A stretch of DNA of 64,000 nucleotides from Catajapyx aquilonaris. Lineage: Eukaryota. Of this stretch, positions 52,601-64,000 are shown piece after piece. How positions within the stretch are numbered: the first letter of the stretch is position 1; each line of letters starts with the position of its first letter. The position numbers and the translations under genes are program-made. Under the pieces are notes generated by a model. That model was not told the origin of the DNA, ran no database searches, and saw only the letters and a list, made by a program, of their open reading frames with translations. The stretch covers positions 1 through 64,000 of the forward strand of contig KZ538080.1 in NCBI GenBank assembly GCA_000934665.2. Direction: 5' to 3'.

Positions 52601-53133
52601 CCTGCAAATTCGGAAGGAAATGTAGCCCTGGTAGTTGGGAATTGCTCGCCTGGATGCAAATGCTTTTTGTTGCTTCCTTTTTTTCTGTTAGTTCCTCCAC
52701 TTTCAGGAAACCAATCTGACTATTGGGTCGTGAATTCGAAGCCGTATGTCTCCTGCTAAATGGCTTAATTGCGCAGGGAACTGGAAAACTAACAAAGTGC
52801 TGTCTGAAACTTAACCACTCTATATAAATCCGATACCTGGACACTGTTACAAATGGGTACTAATGGCCAGTGTTTTAGGGAAACTAGTACTGTACCTTTG
52901 ATATGGGTAGGACAGCTTGAACCTCATCCTTCTGGATGTCCAACCTGGTGGTCATCTTCCTTCTTTCTTCCTCCAGTTCGTCCAATTGAACTCCAGGCCT
53001 GTTTTTGGAAGCGGCCGCAGCAGCCGCTGCTGTCGACTCCAGGACGTACCGTAATGTCCACACAATTTTACCACCTTCCCAAAAATCAGACGGTTCTTCC
53101 ACAGCCAAAAACCAGCTGAACACCTCCACCACA
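43641..53133 (-). CDS. TMEM132: Transmembrane protein 132 (3' part). Exons 53133-52896, 46408-46265, 46209-46007, 45712-45388, 45327-45136, 45047-43641; upstream exons not identified
   Basis: ELINTAVLTGKQVSQPMKV, CHSEDESVLKVSSSCTSVYVDGSE, IVWMPEFQL...LNQIKGWRVP, CRLRFQQSG, TM helix LTPLEIGMYVLLGVFCIAIVVFVISC, AHDWVWLG, and C-terminus MDYDQLMEYFDNLKESNA. Exon phases are consistent. Confidence 0.93.
46861..46873. other. Assembly gap (N run) next to a poly-G tract; single Ns also at 936 and 54735
   Basis: Ns are in or near G/C homopolymers. Confidence 0.95.
49727..49945. mobile_element. MITE-like hairpin A (68-bp arms, ~83-bp core)
   Basis: CATCCACCAGAGGCGCTGCCTCCTGCCATTGCGCCGGCGCAGAA... (49727-49794) is inverted at 49878-49945. 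TA dinucleotides flank it at 49724-25 and 49947-48. Confidence 0.8.
49948..50159. mobile_element. MITE-like hairpin B (56-bp arms, ~100-bp core)
   Basis: AACATTTGCCTAAAATGTCAAACGAGTTGATTTTGACC...AAGGTAA (49948-50003) is inverted at 50104-50159. Confidence 0.8.
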
Positions 53134-53794
53134 CTGCAAAGACAAATTCGACACATCACCAAAAGTTTGACGAAAATCCATCAAAGTTCAAAGTGTTTAG
53201 TAACGTAATTTCCTGAGAGTTTTCTTCTGTTTAATGTTCCGGACTTTTAGCCCCCGGCATATTGGCCCCCCGTGACAATTTCGCCCCCGTGTCCACTTTT
53301 CACCCCTTCGTACTACTTGTATTTCGATTACGATCCAGTTTTTTAAATCCCATCCACGTGCCCATCCTATAGTATAGTCAATAAGTTCCCGTCCCGGCCG
53401 CGGGAGGCCGGCAGGTGGCACGGAGACAGGTGCTGCTGTGGTTGGCTGTGAGGTACAGTAGCAGTCACCAACCTGGCCAAGAGTAAACCGGTAAACGTCT
53501 TATTCTTCAGAAGTTTGGTGACCTTCCCTATACCACATTGATTAGTTGAGAATCACTAAACCAAAAACCAGCTGAACACCTTCACCACACTTCAAAGACA
53601 AAAGTTTGACGAAATTCCATCAAAGTTTAAAGTGTTTAGTCACGTAATTTCCTAAGAGTTTTCTACTGTTTAATGTCCCTGAATACGATTAAGATCCAGC
53701 AGTTTTTTTAAAATCCCATCCTAAACCGCTAAACGTCTTATTCTTCAGAAGTTTGGTGACCTTCTTCCCTATACCACATTGATTAGTGAGAATC
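53105..53794. repeat. Degenerate local tandem duplication spanning a TMEM132 splice acceptor
   Basis: Collinear blocks: 53105-53240 ~ 53561-53680, 53329-53355 ~ 53684-53721, and 53492-53553 ~ 53729-53794. Confidence 0.85.
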
Positions 53795-55432
53795 CGGACA
53801 TTCCAACTTCCCTCCCACAGAATTACCGACGAATATGGAAATTCCGGGTGCTCCGGAATAGTGAACCGCAGGAGCGGAGAATGTGGAATGAATCCCAGGA
53901 TGCCTGTAGCCGCCTTTTTTTCAAACTGGCAGCTTATAACGATTTACGGAGGCCGTTACCAGCACATTCTTGTGCCATGTAAATGCAGGGGTCCTTTTAT
54001 CCTCATTTTTTGGAGGATCCCCCATGCATCACTTGTATCTTCGGAAGGCTTCTACCCATAAATTGTGTGACGCCGTGGGGGGGTGCGTCCCGTGTTACGA
54101 ACCAAGGGAGTTATTTATTGTTCGGCGGTACAAAATGTTCCACGATAATCTATTACCAGAAGTCTATTATTATGGTTGACGTTAGGTGATTGATTCGCAA
54201 AATCATGCATCAATTTCAAAATTTCAGCTCAATATTGCGGAAAAAAGCATACTGTAGTAGCTGTGATTTGAATGGCAATTTGCTGAATTTTTAGGGTCTC
54301 GGACTTTTCGCCCCCGCCGTCTCGCCACCGGACTTTTAGCCCCCGTGACAATTTCTCTGCCGTATTGACTATTTCTTATAAAATATATTATACAAAGGGC
54401 AATTCATCCTTGCGTGATGCAGCCCAAATTACACGATGATATTTTTATAGTGTTGCCAGATCGTTCCATGAAATTATGCGGTATGCAATTAATGAACCCC
54501 CACAATGCAATCCGTGCAATAAATAACTAGTCCTCATATAGCCCCCCTGGGCAAGCATTACAACCATTTTATTCTCGCCACACTTTGTAAGCTAAAACCA
54601 CTTAAAACCAACAGTTTATCTTGCTTTACATTGTAAACACACACGACTATTGTGTCAGAACCTAGGGGGGAAAGAGGGGCTGTAGGAGGAAGTGAGATTT
54701 CCACAAAACACAAACTTGTGCCAACTGGCTTACTNTGGCTTACCCCCCCCCCCCCCCAAAAAAAAACTGTCCAAAAAACCCCGTCTCGGCTGCGATTTAA
54801 GCACCCTCCCACCCCCCATATAAATATAGTGCACGCAGGTTTAGAATGTCAAGTGGTTCTAACTCCAATGTCGCCAACCAGTTATGAGGCAAAGCATGGG
54901 ATTTATTGCAGCTGCTTGTTTTTCAGCACCGAGGGCAAGCCTTTTTTAAAATATATATATATGGCTGACATAGTAAAAAACCGTGGTCTTGCGGGTTGTC
55001 GGCTGGAATGTTGACCACTCGCCATTATACCAGGTCCTGGCGACATATGCCCTCCCTTTTTTATTACAAGCCTGCAGCACAGACCGGTATATCCGAGTTA
55101 CACTCAATCGGCCGTACTCATTTACACCCGGCCTGGATAGAGTTTGCATGTTTTCATGTAGACTCGTATGCACCACTAATTAGAGAAGGGGGTGGAGGCT
55201 ATATGAGGCTTGCGAACTGTTGTGATAAATGGTGCTGGTTGTACTTGGTGCGGTTCGGTGCTGATGAAATTTCCTTTGATGATGAATGTAATTTTTTCCC
55301 TCACCGCATTACAGGGACACTCTGCATATGAGGCGTGCACATACTGAGCGAAAAAAAATCGAGCGAATTAGGCTCCATTTATGATTTTCATAATGGTCTT
55401 ACTTCATTACGCGAATGGTTAGGTGTTTAAAA

Positions 55433-55576
55433 GGGGGTCCGGACTTTTCGCCCCCGCCGTTTCGCCCCCGGCATATTGACCCCCGTGACATATTCCACTT
55501 TGAAGCATTCGGCTGGGCATTTCTAGTGTGTAGCCTGGCAACGACGAATATGCCGGGGGCGAAAAGTCCGACACCC
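55433..55576. mobile_element. Small MITE (Mutator- or hAT-like) with TSD; related fragments at ~53238-53290 and ~54294-54355
   Basis: TIRs GGGGGTCCGGACTTTTCGCCCCCG / CGGGGGCGAAAAGTCCGACACCC, with GTTTAAAA duplicated at 55425-55432 and 55577-55584 and subterminal TTTCGCCCCC repeats. Confidence 0.75.
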
Positions 55577-58500
55577 GTTTAAAAGCTGCTCGCCATTACT
55601 TTAAGACGGTAATAATAAATATTAAAAATAAATCTTACTATATCACTATATCTCTCCCCATCAGAACTATCCATCGTTCCTTCCGGTACTGTCACCTCTC
55701 CTTGTCTTCTGGTGCAAAACATATTTATCCGGGGTATTCCCCGGAGTGATTTATCAGTGAGCCATATTTATTTCCATCCCCGGTGCACAAAATCTGATTT
55801 ATGGCGCCAGTGGAAGGCAAACCTGCAGAACTTTGATGCCCATGGAAATGTGGAAAGTTTGATACGCGGAGTCGAGGTCCCTCCAGGCCCAGCGTCTCAG
55901 AAACCCGGATTTGAAAAAATGCTCGGAATTTGAGTAACTGCGTCAAAAAGTGGTGAAACGGTTCCAAAATTGGGCCGAGTGTTAATGATGGCGGAGGCCA
56001 ACAAACTCTCGAAGATTACATTTTTTTTCCTCTCTCTAAAGAAGTATGCGGGACAACTTCCGGCAATTTTCCGCTCCCCTGGTTTTCCGGAGGCAAACTC
56101 CGTATTGAATCCCGGAACAGCTGGCCTGCAGATATTTTCCTCCTGCCGTACGATAATAATTCGGATGGTTATGAGTCTGAAGAAAAAAAAAGAAAGAAAA
56201 ACCGAAAACTATTCCTAGGTATTAAAAGCTCTTATCTACGACGGGGCAGGTGTCCGGAAGTAATTCCACTCGAATTAAATATGCCAAATTCGTTTAGGCC
56301 GAATGATGTTCCGCCGAGTGGCTCGACGGGGTTATCAGTGGAGCACATTTCAAACGCTATTTCCAGAGATGAAAAATTAATTTGGAAACTCCAGATACCA
56401 TCTCTCATTTCATATAAATGGCCATCACTTCGTGTTTTCCTTCCTACTAAATGGCATATCTTCCACCTAACTTACTGCCCAGTTACTTACCAGATTAAAA
56501 CCTAACTGGGTGTGAACTGGGTGCTGGAAGAAATGGAGTAACCAAACCCCCTTGCTTTTTGTCCCCCAACTCCATCGCAATTAATAAATGTCACTTTTTT
56601 TTTTTTGCTTTCACCCCAACCCCAGACAGGAAGCTGTGTCTCCAGAAGATTACACCAAAAAACAAGATGGCAGCTCAACACTCAATTTAACACACCCCCA
56701 ATCATTTTTGCAGGGTTCATTTGGTTGCCCTGTAAACATGCCCCCAAAAATATTTTTTTGGGGGGGTTAATATTGGTCAAACCTCCGTGCTGAGCAAGTT
56801 TGATTTGATGGGTCCTTTTCATCCGTCAATATCTGGCCTTCCCGCCTATCAGGCCTACCCCAAACCCCTATACACACCCACCAAGGAAATGATTTGCATT
56901 CCGCCCCGTTTCCTCATTTGCATATGAAGCGCGCTTGCCAGTAACTAAATCGGCGCTGGCCAGAGATGGAAGGGGAAACTCGAGAGGGTTTTCCAAGCCA
57001 AAACCGGCCACGTGTCAAACTCCGGCATCAGGTGAAGCCAGTTTTAGGATAATACAGACTGGCATATGCAGCTTCCACAGTAAAAAAATTCACATCAAAT
57101 TTATTTGAACATCCAATATGTAATGGAAGTACATAATAGCGATTTATTACACAGTGTGTCTATCATGACCTATCAGCATTTAAACCCGTCATCGCCACCA
57201 CTGGTATGTACTGCATGCACCCAATCCTCGTGGGACACATCTGTAAATTATGTCACGCTTTCAGGTGTCCCTTTTTGTATACACCTCCACTCTTTTGCTG
57301 CGGCCGTCACATTTATGCCAGCGTTCATGTAAAATTATGTCACTCTAGCACAATGCAGCATCAATGGCTAGGGCTAGATGGAGTGCACTGTAAATCTAAC
57401 CGTGTTTGTCTGCCTGGAAGTGTGGGTTGCCTACCAAATTAATGCCGTCCGCAGTTAAAATAAACCCGGTTTTTAAAATACAAAAGTGGGGTGAGTTATG
57501 CACAACAAGCACGTTTATTTAGAACCACGACGAAACTATAGAGCACGTCCCGCTCCAGGATAGTGTCGGATCAAAATATCAAAAACTAGGTAAAAAATTA
57601 ATGCTGGACCTACATAAAAGTGAGCCTGATATTCACGCAGCCGTGCTTCGCAGGTGATGTGGTTGGGTTATCTAACTCCCAGGATGACACGTGCATACCC
57701 CGGTGTGTACTGCACAGTACTGGTATCAACAACATATTGATTTTTGCAGGCCGAGCTTAAAGGATTAACGCCCGTGCTACTGTAGTCTGTCCGCCAGTAT
57801 CATCATTGATTTAAACATCATCGCTGCCATTTGACTGAGTTTATTACCCACTTACAGCATTTTATCCCTCGGTACAGCTACTGTAGAAGCGATACTCTGA
57901 GGGTTTGGCATAATATTACGTGATACAGATTCTAGTACGGGTCATTTACTCGATGACATAATCAAATCTGATTTACTACAAGTAGTCGGGTGGCTATAAA
58001 TGACTTACTTCTTTAATACATACTAGCAATTAAATCGTAGGTACGATGTACAGTGAAGTACGTCGTTACACCAACTGCCGCTTTCTAATCTCCACAAGTG
58101 GATAAAAAACGGCGGTAAAGTGTTAATGCCCTTACGTGAAATATGTAATCAAATGTGCATAAGTTCAGACCACTGCGCTTGTTCCAAACTGGAACTTGGC
58201 TAGAAATAAAATAGCAGTGTCCTTTCTCCCTTGCATTTAAGTAGTAAAGTCCAATGTGTCGCCCTGGGGAACCGTAAATAATTCACCTCTACGTTCATTT
58301 ATAAATGAAAATGCCACTGTCCACCATTATGCTCTTCCATTCCACCCATGTTTCTTAATCCACACTAAACCATGAAAAGTTTCTCCAAAAAATCAAACAA
58401 CTCCCCTGCAACTTGATACTCCAACTCCATTACCCCCAAGCACTTCCAGCACAAGTGCAACGCCTAGCTCTTCAAGTGACCCAAAGTGAGCCTCTGAATG

Positions 58501-61500
58501 CATAAGTTCCTAAGTGGCTACCAGCGCGAATCTTGCAGCTCGCCGCGACGCAGTTCGTCTCCTGGCCCCCCCAGCATCGTCCTTCCCCCAGCGCACCTAT
58601 TCCCAGCTTTTATTGGCCCATCTATCCCGAGGTGTGGATGAGGACAGGCATAACTCCTCATGAGGCTGAGTGGCGCTGGATGCAGCCTTTCCCAAGAGCC
58701 CTCTGGAGACTCCCAAGTTCCTAAAATGGCGGAACATGATGGATAAGTCCGCCTCTCAAAATTGTGGCTCCCAATAGGTCTCATCAATGAAGAATTTTCT
58801 GTCTTCGCTCAAAAAAAATCGTCCCAAACGTCCATCAACTTGGCTCCTTTAATCTTTGATCCTTGCGATGTCAAATGGTGAAGTTGGACCTCTGCGTATA
58901 GGAAGTTTGGCTCCCTCCGTAATGTTCCGGACTGGCCCAATCGCTCAGGCATGAAACTTTGATTCCCAGACCTCTCTAGCCTGTTGTCCAGGCGTCCATC
59001 TATCCCGTCGCTCACCTACCCGAAACAGATAGAGAAGAGAGAAGAGCTTTCCTCGGGATTAACGTTCAATTCGCTCCTGGATCTCTTGCGAGCTAAGATG
59101 GCGCCTGGATGGACGCCAATGGAGCTCTCTTGAAAGGGGGCAATGGTGTCGCCTCCTGATCAAATGGAGTAATCTTCAAGGCCACTGCTCTGATCTCTTA
59201 AACATGTCAGGGCAAGTCAGGCGACTCTTCCACGGTCTTATAATGCATAGGTCTGGACACTCCGTCCCTTATCGGGTGCCCGTTGCCGCTTCGGCGCTGG
59301 TGCAGTGGCCAAACGTGTGGCGATCCTATCGTCGGACTCACAAATTTGGCCAAATTTTACTAATGAACACAAAATATTCAGTCAGTATACGAACAGTCTT
59401 CAGTCTCTTTTTAAAGCTACGTATGTCCTCAATCTGGGTTAAAGATCCAGGAAACTACGACCCTTACCCTAGGAAGTCTGCTATTAAATTAAACCTCGCC
59501 TTATTACCTGTCAAAAGGCACTTCATAACACTCCTACGGTGTCAATTACTTTCATTAATGGGCTCCCGAGGATGCAAAGTGTCGCCAGATTGGCCCAAAA
59601 AACTTCCTAAGGTAAAAGTTGAACCCCCCGAAAGATGCCGTAAAACACTCGCTAATAAAACCAGCAACTGTGGGGTATGGCGCGGGAAAAATCACGGCAT
59701 TATCGAGCCTCCAACTATGCATTCTCGTCTAGTGTAACGACCTAGGTCAATGTAAACAGCAGTGGTCGGATTAACCTAACGCCCCTATACATTCTCCACG
59801 AATGTACCCAAAATTGCCAGGAACGTGAACCCCTAGTTAGATACACCTCGTACCAAATGGCTGGTGCACGAAAATTAAGCCCAAGCGTTCCACTGCTATC
59901 AGGACCCTCCCCCCCCCCCCCTCAGAAAAAAAAACCTCTGGTATACGTATTCATCAGTGAAGAGATCCCTGACGCCGATAGCGCCTTTTCCCAACAGGCG
60001 CTCATTTCCATAACATCCTCCGGTAAATATTCTGCCTCCAGTTTGAAACGGGGTTGACATCAAGCCCATGCCTCCGAAACCCATCGCTATAAATCTGCCA
60101 CCTGAAGAAACCACACCCGCATTGGCATCTAACGACCCCTGTCTGCAACTCCATAAGGAACAACCATTTTCTCTACGCACACAAAAAAACTGATCAATCA
60201 CAAGATTTCATTAGGACATGAAAAAGCAATCAATTGTTATTTTGAAAATAGTGCGGATTGAAATAGTGGCTGGAGCCCACAAATAGAGGTCAAGGGGTTA
60301 GTGTCATTCTGGTGCCAACGAATGGGTTAACAAGGTGAGGAAGAGGCTATAACTCCACGGGATTTCTTTTGTTGCGCCCATATCTGGACAGTGTTGGTTG
60401 ATGAGGCGAGCTACCCATAAACTAACTAGCCACGCCTATCAACAGGCCATTTCGGTCTCTTCGGGTTTTCCGGCCGTAAACCGTGGCTACAAAAAAAAAA
60501 AAAGGATCTTGCAACATATAGCTCTGCTGAAAACAGTGTGACAGCAAGCTCTAAACAACCACCCAGAGATATTAAATAGCTGTCAAAGGCTCATCAAACA
60601 GCCTGGCATTGTTGACAGAGACCCAATCAATCTTAAGCATTACCATAAATTCGAATAGCTTTAATCTGCTTGACCAGATCCATCATCCATTTTGTTCCAT
60701 ACCTAAGATCCGAACCCCCCAATGATTATTCATCGCACTTGTCATCACAGTTGCCATCCCACCATTTTCCATTCCCATGGATCCAGTGACTATGCTAATA
60801 TCCTCCCCCTCCTCCACCTCTCAAAGACACCAGAAAGGAGGTATCCAAACTACTGGATGGTCGGGGCCTTTCCACTTCACACTCCCCAATCTGGACCATC
60901 TATCACCTTTTTCCAACCCCACAAATGCCGACGCTTCAAAACTGGTGGCAACTTGAGAGCCCTCCCTACCACCCCGAACCACCTTTTTACTGAACATGGC
61001 GACGGAGTTATGGCGAGGCTTTTCCAGAACGGCCATGGGGTGTGGTAGAAGGATTTAACGCCCAGAAGCACTTAATCACAGCCTACATTTGCACCCCTCA
61101 TCGGATGGTTTTGACGGGTTTGATAAGGCGGTGTTGCCTCACCCTGTACAGTACATAGAAATATCTACTATCGGTCTCAATATATTAGTTTCGGCTAGTC
61201 TTGAAGCAACCATTCGCACAGGTCTCATGGTGAGGAGGTGTGCTCCTAACATGTTGTCTTATTGGACCACGACCTGAGGTCATCCCTGCATATAGATATG
61301 TGTGCCAAATAAACACTCCAGTAGGATTACACTACAGCCTCTGTATCCTACACAAAGTGCAACTTGTTACGCACGTGTCCATGAAACTATTTTTATTTAG
61401 GCGCCCAGTCGGCCGGAAGCCAGCAACCGGCCATATAATCTGCATCTAGCTGCATTAAATTAAGAACACACGCTGGATTTACTTCCTGAAGGAATCCAAG

Positions 61501-64000
61501 AAGGGATGGCCTTTGTGTATAAATAAATTTGGCAGGTTTTTACATTTGGATAGTGGTGCTGATTGCAAATATCGACTTCCCAATATTGTCCTCTTCAGCT
61601 TGTCAACTCATGGCAAACCACCATGAGCCAAAACTGATCCAATATGTAAAACCATGATTGGACGTCACGACATGCCACAGTCGACTCCGCCCTCTGAATG
61701 GCTCGGCATCGCAAAAGTCTGCACGCAATCACTTCCAGACCGAAGTAATAACCACCGGCCGGACAAAACAAGTAGCTCTCAAACTGTCATACCACAGGTG
61801 TCTACATCCCTGGTCTGGCAATATTTCAAAGCATTATGGGGCCGAAACAAAGTTCTTTCGGAACAGTCCACTTGACAAGGACATAGTACCTCCATCATGG
61901 AAGCCGTCAATGCGTTCACGAGCGGCGATTAATCCTCTCTCGAAAACCCAAGCCGCCATGCTTCATTCCTCCAAGAAAACCGGGCACAAAAATCAGACGT
62001 GTTCATTCGAGAAGTGTTAGGTTTTCCTGTACAAACTTTGCGTGTTGCCTTCCTGTCACTCAAGTGCTGCTTGCGGATTCCCTCGGTGTTGGAACCTGCA
62101 CTTCTGAAAGTTTCGGGACCCGGGCCAACATGGGTTCCTGCCAACTTGTGAGGTGAGGACACAATGAAAATAGAAGGGTAAATAATGCGGTTATGAAAGG
62201 CAAAACATTCCTGAGCAACAGTGTATACCACATCCAGCATGGGTTCACGTCGACATCCACAATTCAGCTCTCGTCTCCGCATTCGGCAAAAAAAATTCCA
62301 AGACGCATCTGAAGGAAGATTGCGTCGGTCGTACTGACGGCAGATGTATGAAAAAGGAGGCTTTATGTCTCCTCTGTCTTGCTGCACATATTGCATATTT
62401 CGTCGTGTTCGCATACAGGCCTCAAAGGAACATCAAACTGGACAAATCGTTTCATAAGAAGCATCCCCGACATTTCAATTTAAATTCCAGATCCCTCTGA
62501 GAATCCGGTATCGATGCTCATTGATCTGTACTGCAGTCAGGTCTTCTCACCAGCAGCACCCTTCCCAATCAATGAAACTAGGAGATACACCCGTGCAGGG
62601 AAATTGATCCTCCTCCGACTACCGCTGATCCACAATATCCTGATGGACGTGTGGGAACATCCCCCTTGCCATCAATAATAATCCGTTCCTCCCAGCCAAA
62701 AACCCTTCACGCCCACAGCTCCCAGACACTTGCGGGTGCCGCACTGCCACATCACTTCTCCATTATGATGGAAATTAATTGCCCGGTTTTCTAGGGCCAG
62801 TCTTTCCCGCCGGCTAATTCCATTTGTCCCCTTGTCCATTTCTCTTCCAGTTCTAGATCCCCCCTCTGGGAAGAAAATGAATCATGGCTTTGCTCGTTGG
62901 TATACCTTCTCTCTCTAGCCCTCAAGAACCCCTAAGGATCAATGGTTCGTCAAAATGCGGTGCATGTTGCGGGCACAAGTCACCCCGCCTCATAAACGGG
63001 ATCAAGTTGACTTTTAATACCACTGATTTTCTTCCTCGAAACTTTTACACGCCACAAAATGACCGCAAAGGCGTGTTTTTTATCACCTCGTAGACCAAGA
63101 CCCCATCTTTTTCTCCATACCAGTAGCACAACGGGCGTCCCCCAGGCAACAGCAAGTGCGCTAAATGCACCCATAAAAAGCATATGCACTTGTCCGTTAC
63201 TCTCCTACCAAAAGATTCAGGACCACCCAGAATCAACCCTCAGAGAATTCTCCGGTCGGAAGAGCCTTGGTCAACATCGTTTTCAAGCTTGCACTGGAAA
63301 GGTCTCCGATGGGACTGATTATTGAGACGTGAAGTGTAGTTCCAGGCCTGTGTTTGGTACCATCCGGAGTCCGCACGCATCGACCCTCACCAACCCAGGG
63401 TGAATCGATACCAAAATGGAGCCCGACAGTCTTGTGGGAGGGTCTCTCGAGTGGTTGTCCCAAGGAATGGCCCTGCACACTATGTGCACAACAGGTTACG
63501 TGTGTCGGCCATTGAACAATCTTATTTCCCTAAACGAGCCTTCTGGCCAAACATCAAAAGAGGCTTCCCTAAACTTGCCTTGAATGAGCGGGGGGGTCTA
63601 CTTCTTAGAAAAGCGGATTATTGGAAAAGGAAATGTTTTAGACGGGAATTACATCCCCATCCTGGAGCTGAGGTTGCATCAAAAGGATGCTCGTCGCAGG
63701 GATTTCTAATCAGATGGCAATATAATCACCGTAGGCGGGTATTACTCTGGGTCACAAAAGATAGTAAGGGGCTCTGTGTGTACGGGGAGCAATCGAAAGG
63801 ATGGTAATGCTTGGAGGCTCAAGGGGACGTGAATATTCCTTTTCTCCTACAGTGAGGAACCAAGGAAGCACCTGCGCCAGAACAAACCTATAGGGAGGTA
63901 GCAGGTGGTCATTGGGTAGGTCAGAGGAAAAAGGCTCAAGTAGAATTGGGTTGAGGAACTCAATCGTTCACCCGTGGGAAAGGCATGTTCTGGAAGAAAC

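Noticed and set aside
58200..61200. Scattered LINE reverse-transcriptase-like words (VPQGD on minus; KMAPG, DPGNY, FDKA on plus)
   Set aside because: The motifs are short, wrongly spaced and on different strands. A profile search would be needed to claim a decayed LINE.
53800..64000. Further upstream TMEM132 exons or nested genes
   Set aside because: No ORF with TMEM132-like or other recognisable sequence was found by eye. Treated as intron, though small exons could have been missed.

Overview
This is eukaryotic genomic DNA, most likely from an arthropod (compact genes with ~50-100 nt introns, an MESR4-type gene, an insect-type TMEM132 tail, a MetaSINE/Ruka-like SINE). Genes were reconstructed by hand from splice sites and recognisable motifs. 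In order: PIG-L (minus, 5 exons) lies head-to-head with the ciliary gene CFAP251/WDR66 (plus, 15 exons; RFX X-box plus forkhead motif upstream); then a tandem trio of divergent SEC14L2-like CRAL-TRIO/GOLD genes with an extra orphan first exon; an MESR4-like C2H2/PHD gene (minus); MRPL16 (plus); and the 3' part of TMEM132 (minus), whose large introns probably fill the last ~17 kb. Intergenic and intronic DNA carries many non-autonomous elements (Helitron-N, two tRNA-SINEs, piggyBac-, hAT- and Mutator-like MITEs) and long palindromes. I see no clearly novel multi-gene system. The best leads are the SEC14 cluster (alternative first exon, GC/GT donor switch, patchy identity), a pair of adjacent hairpin elements with unrelated arms around the same core, a ~318-bp palindrome rich in promoter motifs, and a duplicated splice acceptor in TMEM132. 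All gene names come from remembered motifs; no database search was run.
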